DNA of 64,000 nucleotides. Source: an uncultured Ignavibacteriaceae bacterium (GTDB lineage Bacteria; Bacteroidota; Ignavibacteria; Ignavibacteriales; Ignavibacteriaceae). The stretch covers positions 8,930 through 72,929 of the forward strand of contig CAWEUT010000025.1 in assembly GCA_963812305.1 (NCBI GenBank), given 5' to 3'. Below, in pieces: positions 42,101 through 51,687 of this stretch. A model generated the notes under the pieces. It was given only the letters and a program-made list of their open reading frames with translations. It did not search any database and had not been told where the DNA came from. The stretch's first letter is position 1, and the number at the start of each line of letters is the position of its first letter. Position numbers and translations under genes: made by a program.

Positions 42101-43234
42101 GGCATTTTTGGATCGCTGATGAGCAGGACATTCCTTCTAAAATAACTCATCCATATTTTGAGTCTGTTTGGGCAAATCAATTTAATGAAGCAAAAGAAAA
42201 AGGTGCAGACTTCTTTGCCACCAATTTAAATTTTGAAGAAAAGAACAAATTTTACAATGAACTTTTATCACACGTTAACGGGTTACCGGAAGCATCAAAA
42301 GATTTTTATTTGAGCTGCCCCGGCCTTGCAATATCAACAGTGTTGTTAGAGAACGTTAGTCTGTACATCGAGAATTTTTCGGGTATTCCTTACTCAGATG
42401 AAGAGAATAACACGCTTATGCGATTTGGAAAAGTATTCCAGCAAACCTATACACGTTTCCTTGATTTACAAAGGGCAGAAGAACAGAATAGAATTATACA
42501 AGCAGATAATGACCGTAAAACAAAAGAGCTTGAAGATGCACGTCAGCTACAACTATCTATGCTTCCAAAAGAACTTCCTCAACTTACCTCATCTGGATAT
42601 TGCTGTTTATATGAAAACTGCAACAGAAGTTGGCGGAGATTATTATGATTTTAATGTTGATGCTTATGGCACTTTAACTATTCTTGTTGGTGATGCTACA
42701 GGACACGGAATGATGTCGGGAATGATGGTTTCGATTATGAAATCGTTTTTCATTTCTAATAGAAACAATATTGAGTTAAAACAATTTTTTGAGGATGCAA
42801 ACAATTCAATAAAAGATATGCACCTTGGAAGATTAATGATGGCTACAATGGGTGTTCAAATTACATCCCAAAAATTAATCGCTACAAATGCCGGAATGCC
42901 ATCTTTACTTTATTTTAGAAATAAATCGCAAAAGGCTGGTGAGTTTGTTAGTCATAATTTTCCATTAGGAGCAATGAAAGAAACAAAATATTTGTTGAAA
43001 GAAATTAACTATGAGAAAGGTGATACACTATTGCTGATGAGTGATGGATTTGCAGAGTTAAAAAATGATAAGAATGAGCAATACGGTTATGACAGAGTAA
43101 AAAAAGAATTTCTGTCTGTTGCACAAAAAAGTCCGAATGAAATAGTTGAACATTTAAAAAACTCAGCATCCGAATGGATTATTGGAGTAGAACCTGATGA
43201 CGATGTTACATTTGTTGTAATAAAAGTAAAGTAA
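39178..43234 (+). pseudogene. Cytoplasmic NTF2/SnoaL-like domain + five tandem ~185-aa modules + SpoIIE phosphatase; a single inserted base as assembled
   Basis: Fragments are 39178..42648 and 42398..43234. ...LPKELPQL(T)SSGYCC versus the expected LPQLPHLDIAVYMKTATEVGGDYYDF; there is one extra A near 42586. The linker F(A/V/R/G)KVF(E/D)..Y.R(F/H/Y)(L/N)D(L/I)..AEAQ(A/T)(R/K)EA.IE(A/T/S)(A/S)LE(R/K)(V/I)R(A/S)....(A/G/S)M(Q/H)KS(E/D)(E/D) recurs at about 40216, 40786, 41338 and 41908, with a shorter first copy at 39693 and a last copy at 42469 that leads into the phosphatase. Confidence 0.8.
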
Positions 43235-43420
43235 AAAGAATAACCCCAATTTTTAAAAATTATGTGAAAATTATGTTTGTCACTTCGAGCAAGGGAGAAG
43301 TCTTTTGATTTGTATAGTTTTTTATAAAGAATAATTGATGAATATTATTATTGCATTTTTATTAAACAAATATTTTTTGTAATTATAATATGTAATAAAT
43401 ACAAACTTGAAAGGATAGAG

Positions 43421-43735
43421 ATGGAAATAAATGTTGACGCCCGCGAAGACTTCACGATTATAAAGTTTAACAAAAGTAAACTATTAGGCACAGAGGCAGT
43501 AGAGTTTCAAGATTCTGTTCTTAATACATTAGACAAAGGCATACACTCTATTGTTGTTGATCTTTCTACTGTAGAGTATGTTACAAGTTGGGCAATAGGA
43601 ATGCTCGTGCACGCCTTTACAACCTCAAGTAACCGTAATGCACAACTTAGTTTGGTCGGAGTAACTCAGAGGGTTAAGGATATTTTAGCAAAGGTTAAAC
43701 TGGATACAATATTTTTGATTCGAGAATCCATTTAA
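43421..43735 (+). CDS. STAS-domain protein (SpoIIAA/RsbV-type anti-sigma-factor antagonist)
   Basis: 104 aa. ...SIVVDLSTVEYVTSWAIGMLVHAF... aligns with the DLSxVxF(M/I)DS(S/T)GLG phosphorylation segment of SpoIIAA/RsbV and keeps the Ser. The C-terminal part LVGVTQRVKDILAKVKLDTIF is also STAS-like. Confidence 0.75.
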   Translation: MEINVDAREDFTIIKFNKSKLLGTEAVEFQDSVLNTLDKGIHSIVVDLSTVEYVTSWAIGMLVHAFTTSSNRNAQLSLVGVTQRVKDILAKVKLDTIFLIRESI

Positions 43736-43906
43736 ATTTTATAATAATTAAAAATAAATAATCGCATTAAGAGAAGGGGACTTGTTATGCGGGGGAGACT
43801 CTGTTTCAAGAGTTGCTGCTCAATTCCTAATTTATTACCAACGATCTGCTAAAAAATCCTTACTGTATAAAACACAATCTTAAAAAGAAAATTGGATAGG
43901 TAGAAA

Positions 43907-43936
43907 TAAAAAAAGGGTGTCTCGAAAGACACCCTT
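43907..43936 (-). terminator. Rho-independent terminator of the OmpA-family gene
   Basis: On the minus strand the sequence reads agggtgtc-tttcga-gacaccct followed by ttttttt, beginning about 20 nt after the stop codon at 43958-43960. Confidence 0.75.
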
Positions 43937-43957
43937 AAATCTAATTCTAGATCAGAA

Positions 43958-45547
43958 TTATTTTGTTCTTGTGAACTCAATTCTTCTGTTCTTTTGTTTT
44001 CCTTCTTTTGTCTTGTTATCAGCAATTGGTTTGTCTTCACCATAGCCAACTAGTCGATATTCTATTAGCATCGATACCTTTCGTAACTAACCAATCTTTA
44101 ACAGATTCAGCTCTTGCTTCAGAAAGTTTTTGATTGCTCTTTGCACTACCATCACTATCAGTATGTCCGCTTATTTCAACAGAAATATCTGAATAGGTCT
44201 GTAATGTTTTTAGGAGCTTTTTTTAACTTATCTTCTGATTCAGGTTTAATTGTTGCTTTGTTAACATCGAAGTAAATATCTTCCAGTACATATACGAACA
44301 CCAATTTTAACAACATCATCTTCAGCATTTAATGGATCTGTACCGCGTTTAACTTCTGTACCATCATCAACTGTACCATGCATCAGTATCTACCTTTAAA
44401 GGATTGGTTTTGTGGGTAAGAACTTCTTCAGAATCACTTAATCCATCACCATCTGTATCAGCTTTTAGTGGATTGGTTTTGTATTTTAGAACTTCGTCAC
44501 CATCAGTTAAACCGTCACCATCTGTATCAGCTTTTAATGGATTTGTTTATACTGGTAATAACTTCATATCCATCATTTAATCCGTCTTTATCTGTATCAG
44601 CAACTAATGGATCAGTTTTGTACTTGTTTACTTCTTCACCATCATTCAAACCGTCAGCGTCTGTATCAGCAATTAAAGGATTGGTACCTGTTGATTTAAC
44701 TTCATCATAATCTGTTAAACCGTCTAAATCAGTATCAACCTTTAAAGGATTTGTTTTGTAGGTTAGATATTCTTCACCGTCTAATAATCCATCACCATCC
44801 GTATCAGCAACTTCAGGATTTGTTCCGATTTTTCCTTCATCACATTTACCTAAACCGTCCATATCTTTATCGGCTTTACAGTTTTCACCAACAAAGGTTA
44901 GACCTAATGAAGCATTTAGATAAGAATCCCAAATATCTTCTGATAGCACCTCTGTATGAATCAAGATCATAAGTTGAAGACATTGCACCACCAAGAGCAA
45001 AATCTAACCATACTCTTTCACTAAGGGCAAATTCAGCACCAATACCAGCAGGAATAATTGCAACCCAGCCATCTTCTTCAACTGAGCCTGGAGAAACAAG
45101 ATCAGGTTTTGTATCAACGCTAAAATTCATAACTCCGCCGCCAACATAAAAGTAAGGATTCCATCCCTTTAAATCCCAAGGACTAACTTTAAAACGTAAG
45201 GAGATTGGAATTATTGTGGTTTCATATTCACCAAAATCACTTCCTTCTTCCTGCATAGCAACACCGGCATATTTACCGTAACCGCCGTTTATTGATAATT
45301 CTAATGCTTTTGATAATTCGAAACCGAAGAAAGCTTCACCTAAATATGATGTTTTGAACCAGTCGAATGATGTATTATCATTTCCACTGAATCCTAAATT
45401 TGCAAATTCGTTTTCCGGGAATAATATACTTCCACGAATACCGAATTTTGTTCCCCAATCCTTAAACTGAGCGTAGTTTTGTTGACTCATTGCAACTAAA
45501 CCGAGCACTACAAACAAGTAAATTAGTTTTTTCATTTTTTTCCTCAT
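43958..45547 (-). pseudogene. OmpA-family outer-membrane protein: N-terminal beta-barrel + thrombospondin type-3-like Ca-binding repeats + OmpA C-terminal domain; many frame breaks as assembled
   Basis: Track fragments are 44885..45547 (signal peptide plus barrel) and 44527..45000 (DTDGDGLLDGEE / DTDLDGLTDYDE / DTDADGLNDGEE / DTDKDGLNDGYE). By hand translation 43958-44530 continues with more TSP3 repeats and an OmpA domain (DIYFDVNKATIKPES, EISGHTDSDGS, SEARAESVKDWLVTKGIDANRIST, VGYGEDKPIADNKTKEGKQKNRRIEFTRTK*). This stretch is split by indels near 44050, 44222 (a T7 run), 44295, 44385, 44550 (two A-run deletions) and about 44960. Confidence 0.8.
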
Positions 45548-45664
45548 TTTGTGAATGAATATACGTACTTTAGATTTTTTACGTTATATATCGAAATACT
45601 TTAAGATATACCGTCAAAAGATAAAATTATTCTAACAAAAGACAAAACAAACAGAATAAATATT

Positions 45665-47276
45665 TTACTCTGTTAAGTAATCTGCATCACAAGGAATTTC
45701 AGGCTTAACCAGTAGAACTTCCTCTTTAAGCAAGGACACCTGACCTGCAGGTTGTGATTTACGCTTAACAACGTATTTTTTAAGAGTGTAAGAAACCGGA
45801 ACAATTCCAGCAGTTTTTGCTTTGCTGTGGTATGCAGCGAGAGAAGCTACTTTTTTGAGAATGCTTTTAGGCACAACTTCTTTTGTATTATCAATTCTTA
45901 AGACTACATGCGATCCGGACACTGATCTTGCATGAAACCAGAAATCATTTTGCTTTGCAAATCTTGTTGTTAATAAATCATTATTTACAGAATCTTTACC
46001 AACAAATACGTGATACTTCTTTTCGATTAAATAATGCTTGAATTTTGAACTTATATCTTCGGTGTAATTTTGTTTTTCTTCGTCTTTTATTTTCAATTCT
46101 TTCATAATCTTGTTTATATCCTCTAAAGTTGGATTTTTATCTATTTGCTCTTGATATGATTGTAATTTTTCATACTCCTTTTTGGTGCTTAGAATATAGC
46201 TTACTCGATTTTTCAAAATTGATTTTGCTGTCACGGGATTTTTCAAAATATCTATCAATATTTTTTTTAGGGGATAACTTAGCATCCAATTTAATTTTAA
46301 CTTTTGAATCAGGGGAATAAATATCATCAACTTCAATTTCTGAAAGTCCGGGATGTATTTTATTTAAGTTTATTAAAAGCAGATTTGCAATTTTATTTAA
46401 TTGTTCTTCCTGCGATCCTTTCTCAATAACAACAAGCAGATTATTTAATCGGGAAGAAATTTTCTTTAACTCTCTATCTAAAAATGATATTATTTTCTTT
46501 AGTTTGTTGTTTTTTTCTTCGTACTGATATTTCTTAATTAAAAATTGATTGAAGGCTTCAATCATTGTGTCAAATAAATGTTTCTCAAATGTTGAATATA
46601 TTTTTAATGAATTAAATCCGATATGCACTTCGCCTGAATTATCATCAACATAAACTGCGGGAGCTTCCGTAAAAATATCCTGAAGAACATTTAATAATAT
46701 TTCAGAATCACTCTCATTACTTTGTTTTCTGGCATTTACTTCGTTTTCAATCTCTCGTCCGATGAATTTATATCTATTCCTGATTTCATCTATACTTTTC
46801 CCTTCAATAAAATCAGATTCAGGAATATTGAAACTTTTGTGAAAAAATTTATTTTCAAATTCCTGCTTGAACGAAATTAAATTTTCTTCACTTTCATTTT
46901 TAAATGAGATAAGATTTTTTGAATTGAAAAATAGATTAGTGTATTTACCGCGTATTGCAAAAATTAAATCACCCTCATCTGTAGTGATTTTTATTATTCG
47001 ATCATCCGAAGCTATCAAAACTTCTTTGATGGTTTTGCTTATAAGTTCATTAAAGAATTCTATCGTATTTTTTTTTGCACGTGAATATTTGGTCCTGATG
47101 TTAATGAAAGGTTCGGAATGATTAACCGAGAATTCAATAAATAATTCTTCGGCTCCATCTAACTGTACAATCAAACGATCTTTATCCTGGGAAAAAATAC
47201 TTACAATTTTTTTTCCAGCTAGAACAGAATTTAGCTCGAGTGTTAATCTGTTTAGATAATAATAGCTTTTGTACAT
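45665..47276 (-). pseudogene. NFACT-family protein (FbpA/RqcH-like N-domain + DUF814/NFACT-R); one frameshift as assembled
   Basis: Fragments are 46170..47276 (N-terminal MYKSYYYLNRLTLELN...) and 45665..46336 (C-terminal ...DFWFHARSVSGSHVVLR...AAYHSKAKTAGIVPVSYTLKKYVVK, the DUF814 signature). The frames join near 46185-46200. Confidence 0.7.
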
Positions 47277-47386
47277 AAATTAAATCTCATTACTAGTTGC
47301 AATCTAATTATTTTAAGAATAAAAGATAGATTAATGGTTGCAAATGTAGTTTGTTAAAAATTTGCACTATCGATATATTTGAATCA

Positions 47387-48155
47387 ATGAAAAAGCTTCT
47401 CCAATATCCAATAGTAAAAAAGTTTCTTATTGCCTTAGGAATACTAATCGCACTAATATCTTGTATTCGATTTTATTTTGTTACCGTTATATGTAAGCGG
47501 TTCAGAAATTAATGTTCCCAATGTTGTGGGAATGACTACAGAAGAAGCTTTTCAAACTTTGGAAGATGATGATTTTAATCCTTCAATTGCTGATACGTCA
47601 TTCGGTGTTTCTCTGCCGCCCGGCAGAATATTTTTACAAAAACCTGAATCGGGAAAGCTTGTTAAAGAGGGGAGAACTGTTTATTTATTTGTTAGCGGCG
47701 GTGAGCAAGTGATATCAGTTCCTTTACTAAAAGGTAAATCCGTGAGAGATGCAAGATTATCTTTAGAAAGAATTGGATTAAAACTTGGGTCAATTGAAGA
47801 AGTAGCCTCAACTCATCCTAAGGATATGGTTTTTGATCAGCAATTTGCCGAAGGTACAAACATTAGAAAAGGACAGAGTGTTGGTATATCTGTTAGCATT
47901 GGTAAAGGAGATGGAGAAATTGAAGTACCGGATTTGATTGGAAAATCTTTAACTGAAGCTAGAAAAATTCTTTCAGACAGTACGCTTACTGTTGGAAAAG
48001 TTAACTATCAAATTTCCAGCACACTGCTTCCAAATACTGTCCTTGATCAATATCCTGCACCAGGAAACAAATTAAATTCCGGTAATACTGTTGATCTATT
48101 TATTACAAAAGAAGGAACGATACAGGAAAGACCAGAATTTCCTCAGGAGAATTAA
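47387..48155 (+). pseudogene. Membrane-anchored protein with three PASTA domains; the N-terminal TM anchor is in a different frame as assembled
   Basis: Track ORF 47478..48155 contains three PASTA units (VPNVVGMTTEEA..., VPLLKGKSVRDA..., VPDLIGKSLTEA...). ATG 47387 encodes MKKLLQYPIVKKFLIALGILIALI, a TM anchor, and the frame switches near 47455-47460. The stop abuts the rpe start. Confidence 0.7.
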
Positions 48156-48812
48156 ATGAAAATTTTAGCCCCATCAATATTGTCTGCCGATCTTTCTAAT
48201 CTTGCTCAGCAAATAAGAATGGTTGAGATAGGCGGCGCGGATTGGATTCATTGCGACATAATGGATGGACATTTTGTTCCGAATATTACTTTTGGTCCTG
48301 TTGTGGTTAAAGCCGCAAGAAAATGTACTAAGCTTCCGCTTGATGTTCACTTGATGATTAAAAATCCCGATAATTATTTGGAAGATTTTCGTAACGCTGG
48401 TGCCGATATTATTTCTGTTCATTTTGAAGAAGTTGTTCATCTAAATAGAACAGTAAATAGAATTAAGGAATTAGGTGCAAAGGCTGGAGTTGTGATAAAT
48501 CCATCCACTCCGGTTTCATCTTTAAAAGATATTGCAGAGTATATTGATTTACTTTTAATTATGACTGTTAATCCCGGGTTTGGCGGACAAAGTTTTATTT
48601 CAAATTCTGAAAGAAGAATTAGTGAAGCCGTTGAACTAAGAAAATCTTTGAATGCAAAATTTTTAATTGAAGTAGATGGTGGGATTAGTAACAAGACAAT
48701 CAAACCCGCTTTAAAGGCTGGTTGTGATGCGTTTGTAGCGGGTTCATCGATATTTCATAATGATAATATTTCTGCTGCCACCGCTGAATTAAAAAATTTA
48801 ATTTCATCTTAA
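48156..48812 (+). CDS. rpe: Ribulose-phosphate 3-epimerase
   Basis: MKILAPSILSADLSNLAQQIRMVEIGGADWIHCDIMDGHFVPNITFGP..., MTVNPGFGGQSF, and EVDGGI. The alignment runs the full length of the protein. Confidence 0.93.
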   Translation: MKILAPSILSADLSNLAQQIRMVEIGGADWIHCDIMDGHFVPNITFGPVVVKAARKCTKLPLDVHLMIKNPDNYLEDFRNAGADIISVHFEEVVHLNRTVNRIKELGAKAGVVINPSTPVSSLKDIAEYIDLLLIMTVNPGFGGQSFISNSERRISEAVELRKSLNAKFLIEVDGGISNKTIKPALKAGCDAFVAGSSIFHNDNISAATAELKNLISS

Positions 48813-48837
48813 TATTTTATTTGTATTTTAATTTCAA

Positions 48838-48864
48838 CAAAGCGGCTTATAACCGCTTTTTTTA
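48838..48864 (+). terminator. Rho-independent terminator after rpe
   Basis: aaagcgg-cttataa-ccgcttt followed by a T-run, 26 nt after the rpe stop. Confidence 0.7.
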
Positions 48865-48908
48865 TTTAGTTTTATTTAAGTTTAACCTAAGAATTTTTAA
48901 TACCATAA

Positions 48909-49739
48909 ATGAATAACATTCAATACAATTTTAACGATAAGATTTTAAGTTTCAACACTCCAAAAATAATGGGGATTGTTAATGTTACACCAGATTCATT
49001 TTCTGACGGCGGAAAATATTTTTCCGTTGATGATGCAGTTAATCACGCATTAAAACTTATTGATGAAGGTGCAGATATTATTGATATCGGAGGCGAATCA
49101 ACTCGTCCTGGTTCTGATCCTGTATCACTTGAAGAAGAATTGCGGAGAACTATTCCTGTAGTAAAAAATATTCATCAGCAAAGAAAAGATGTAATCATAT
49201 CAATCGATACAACAAAAAGTGAAGTAGCAAAACAGGCTTTGGATTCCGGTGCTCAAATAATAAATGATATAAGTGGTTTAACTTTTGATGAAAAAATGAT
49301 TGATATAGCTAAGGAATATAATTCTGGGGTTGTGATAATGCACATCAAAGGTAATCCAAAAACAATGCAAGAAAATCCCGAATATAGTGATGTTGTAAAA
49401 GAAGTATATGATTTTTTACTTGTTCAAAGTATAAAAGCAAAACAGAATGATATTGATAAAATAATTGTTGATCCCGGAATAGGTTTCGGAAAGCGAATTG
49501 AAGATAATTTTACCCTTATTAAAAATTTGGATTACTTTCAATCACTTGGTTATCCTGTAATGATTGGACTATCCAAAAAATCTTTTATCGGTAAAACTTT
49601 AAATCTTGATAACGATCAAAGAGAAATTGGTACGATAATCTTAGAGACGATTTCTGTAATAAAATCAGCAAGAATTATTCGCACACACAATGTAAAATAT
49701 TGCAATCAATTAGTTAAATTAGCTTCACACATTCTCTAA
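48909..49739 (+). CDS. folP: Dihydropteroate synthase
   Basis: IMGIVNVTPDSFSDGGKY, GADIIDIGGESTRPGS, SIDT, DISG, DPGIGFGK, and RTHNV. Confidence 0.92.
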   Translation: MNNIQYNFNDKILSFNTPKIMGIVNVTPDSFSDGGKYFSVDDAVNHALKLIDEGADIIDIGGESTRPGSDPVSLEEELRRTIPVVKNIHQQRKDVIISIDTTKSEVAKQALDSGAQIINDISGLTFDEKMIDIAKEYNSGVVIMHIKGNPKTMQENPEYSDVVKEVYDFLLVQSIKAKQNDIDKIIVDPGIGFGKRIEDNFTLIKNLDYFQSLGYPVMIGLSKKSFIGKTLNLDNDQREIGTIILETISVIKSARIIRTHNVKYCNQLVKLASHIL

Positions 49740-49746
49740 TTATATA

Positions 49747-50565
49747 ATGATAGATCTTTTCAAAATAGGTTTTTTAACAATAACACTATCCGATGTAATT
49801 GATATTGCGATTGTATCGTTCATCTTTTACAAACTTTATACGACGCTACGCGGAACAATTGCAGCACAAATATTTATCGGACTGCTAATAATTATTTTAG
49901 TTTCATTTATAGCTCAGGTATTAAATTTTAGAGCAGTAAGCTGGCTGTTAAGATTGATAACAGATATTTGGGTAATCGCATTTGTAATATTGTTTCAACC
50001 TGAAATAAGAAGATTATTAGTTTTATTAGCACGTAATCCTTTCTTCAAAGTATTTGCTAAGGCGGAATCACACGAAGTTTCTGATGTTATTGCCGAGGCA
50101 GCTTTCCGGTTATCTCAGAATCAACACGGTGCATTAATCGTTCTCATAAAATCCTCCGGCATAAGAGGATTTGCAGAGACAGGCGAAATATTAAACGCAC
50201 GATTGAGTGCTTCACTTTTAACATCTATCTTTTATCCAAGATCGCCATTACACGATGGGGCAGTGATTGTAAATAAAAATTTTATTGAAGCCGCCAGATG
50301 TACTTTACCGCTTTCACAACAGACTTCAGTAAAAGGTGTAAGCTTAGGTATGCGGCATCGTGCCGGATTAGGAATTTCGGAGCAAGCAGATGTTATTAGT
50401 GTTATAGTTTCTGAAGAAACCGGCAGCATTTCGATTGCTGAAAATGGTGAACTTACAAAAGGTCTTTCTAAAGATGCACTAAAACGACGATTGAATTCTT
50501 TGTTGAAAGGTCCTGAAAAAAAAGGCTGGAAAGGTTTTTTTGAACAACTTAAATCAAAAAGCTAA
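49747..50565 (+). CDS. cdaA: Diadenylate cyclase CdaA (membrane-anchored DisA_N/DAC domain)
   Basis: Three N-terminal TM helices, then GALIVL, SPLHDGAVIV, and LGMRHRAGLGISEQADVISVIVSEETGSISIAENGEL. The folP-cdaA adjacency is common. Confidence 0.88.
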   Translation: MIDLFKIGFLTITLSDVIDIAIVSFIFYKLYTTLRGTIAAQIFIGLLIIILVSFIAQVLNFRAVSWLLRLITDIWVIAFVILFQPEIRRLLVLLARNPFFKVFAKAESHEVSDVIAEAAFRLSQNQHGALIVLIKSSGIRGFAETGEILNARLSASLLTSIFYPRSPLHDGAVIVNKNFIEAARCTLPLSQQTSVKGVSLGMRHRAGLGISEQADVISVIVSEETGSISIAENGELTKGLSKDALKRRLNSLLKGPEKKGWKGFFEQLKSKS

Positions 50566-51209
50566 AGTTTGTGCAGTCATTCCTTTTTATAATGAAATAG
50601 ATTTTTTATTTGATGTTGTTTCTGAAACTCTAAATTTTGTAGATAAAGTAATAGCTGTAAATGATGGTTCTACTGATGGTTCAGAAAAAACTATTGATAA
50701 TATGGAGCGGGTGCAGGTAATTTCGTTAGATCGTAATTATGGCAAGGGATACGCTCTTCAAATTGGATTTAATGAAAGTATTAATACAAAGCTTTGATAC
50801 TATAATTACTCTCGATGCTGATAAACAGCATAACCCTGCATTCATTCCTCAATTTATTTCTCAACTTAATTATTTTGATATTGTAATTGGCAACAGATTA
50901 AATGATACTAAAGATATGCCGATTCAGAGAATTCTGAGCAATAGAATTACATCTTCTTTATTATCAATAAAGACCGGACAGAAGATTTCGGATAGCCAAT
51001 GCGGATATCGTGGTTATAAAGCTGCTGTATTAAAAAATGTAAAATCATATTCTTCTGGATATGAGGCAGAAAGTGAAATGATAATATATGCTGCTCGTGC
51101 TGGTTTTAAGATCGGCTTTGTAAATATTCCAACTATTTACGGTAATGAAAAAAGTAAAATGAATCCTGTTGAGGCAATACTTGGTTTTATAAAAATATTA
51201 TTCAAGTAA
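50540..51209 (+). pseudogene. Family 2 glycosyltransferase; one frameshift as assembled
   Basis: Fragments are 50540..50797 (CAVIPFYNE...VNDGSTDGS...GKGYAL) and 50739..51209 (TLDADKQHNP...QCGYRGY). The frames join near 50778-50790. The start codon is uncertain; the track uses a TTG that overlaps the cdaA end. Confidence 0.75.
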
Positions 51210-51215
51210 GATATT

Positions 51216-51671
51216 ATGAATCGCAAATGGGAAATTGAAAAGTTAAAAAGCACAAAACAGTTTAAGAAATCCGCAGATCTGATTTTAAGAAACCGAATTG
51301 AAAGTCTTTTATCTTATATTGAAAAATACTTTAGAGATCTATCTGTGGAGAGTTTACACGATGTTAGAATTGCTTTAAGAAGAGTTCGATATTCTATGGA
51401 GTTATTCATCGTTTGTTATGATAAGAAAATATTCATAAAGTTTTATAATAAAGTTCAGTTGCTTCAGGATCTTTCCGGCAATGTTCGAGATGTTGATATT
51501 TCTTTAGAAAATATTAATTATTTAGTTACAGATAATCATATTAAAATAGATGATGAAATAATCTCTAAAGCAAAGGAAAAGAAAATTTTATTAGAGGAAA
51601 AATTTAAATTAGAATTAATGAAATTTACTTTAAGTAAGGCTCTAAAAGATTTTTTAAAACTGATTAACTAA
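51216..51671 (+). CDS. CHAD-domain-like protein
   Basis: 151 aa, all-helical. SLHDVRIALRRVRYSMELF and LQDLSGNVRDVDI resemble the CHAD signature HD(L/V)R(V/I)alRRlR...lG..rD. Confidence 0.5.
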   Translation: MNRKWEIEKLKSTKQFKKSADLILRNRIESLLSYIEKYFRDLSVESLHDVRIALRRVRYSMELFIVCYDKKIFIKFYNKVQLLQDLSGNVRDVDISLENINYLVTDNHIKIDDEIISKAKEKKILLEEKFKLELMKFTLSKALKDFLKLIN

Positions 51672-51687
51672 CAGAGGAGAATAATTT

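Noticed and set aside
2080-43234. Frameshifts as programmed ribosomal frameshifting or phase variation of the sensor-phosphatase genes
   Set aside because: The breaks have no common slippery heptamer and no long tunable homopolymer or repeat tract. They go in both directions and occur equally in unrelated housekeeping genes. Sequence error or simple mutation is the more economical explanation.
427-43234. Defense-system, prophage or secondary-metabolite interpretation of the large gene island
   Set aside because: Every large ORF resolves into signalling domains: PP2C, REC, HK, GAF, FIST, STAS, Reg_prop/Y_Y_Y and 7TMR-DISM. I could recognise no nucleases, helicases, methyltransferases, phage structural genes or biosynthetic enzymes.
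44468-44972. Plus-strand ORFs 44468..44710 and 44751..44972
   Set aside because: They are antisense to the thrombospondin-repeat region of the OmpA-family gene. Their low-complexity Ser/Pro/Leu-rich translations are typical of shadow frames of Asp/Gly repeats.
50540-50565. 26-nt overlap between the cdaA end and the start of the glycosyltransferase ORF as a meaningful coupled overlap
   Set aside because: The GT2 start in the track is a TTG chosen only because it is the first possible start in the frame. The conserved GT2 N-terminus begins at CAVIPFYNE, so the real start is probably downstream or obscured by sequence errors.
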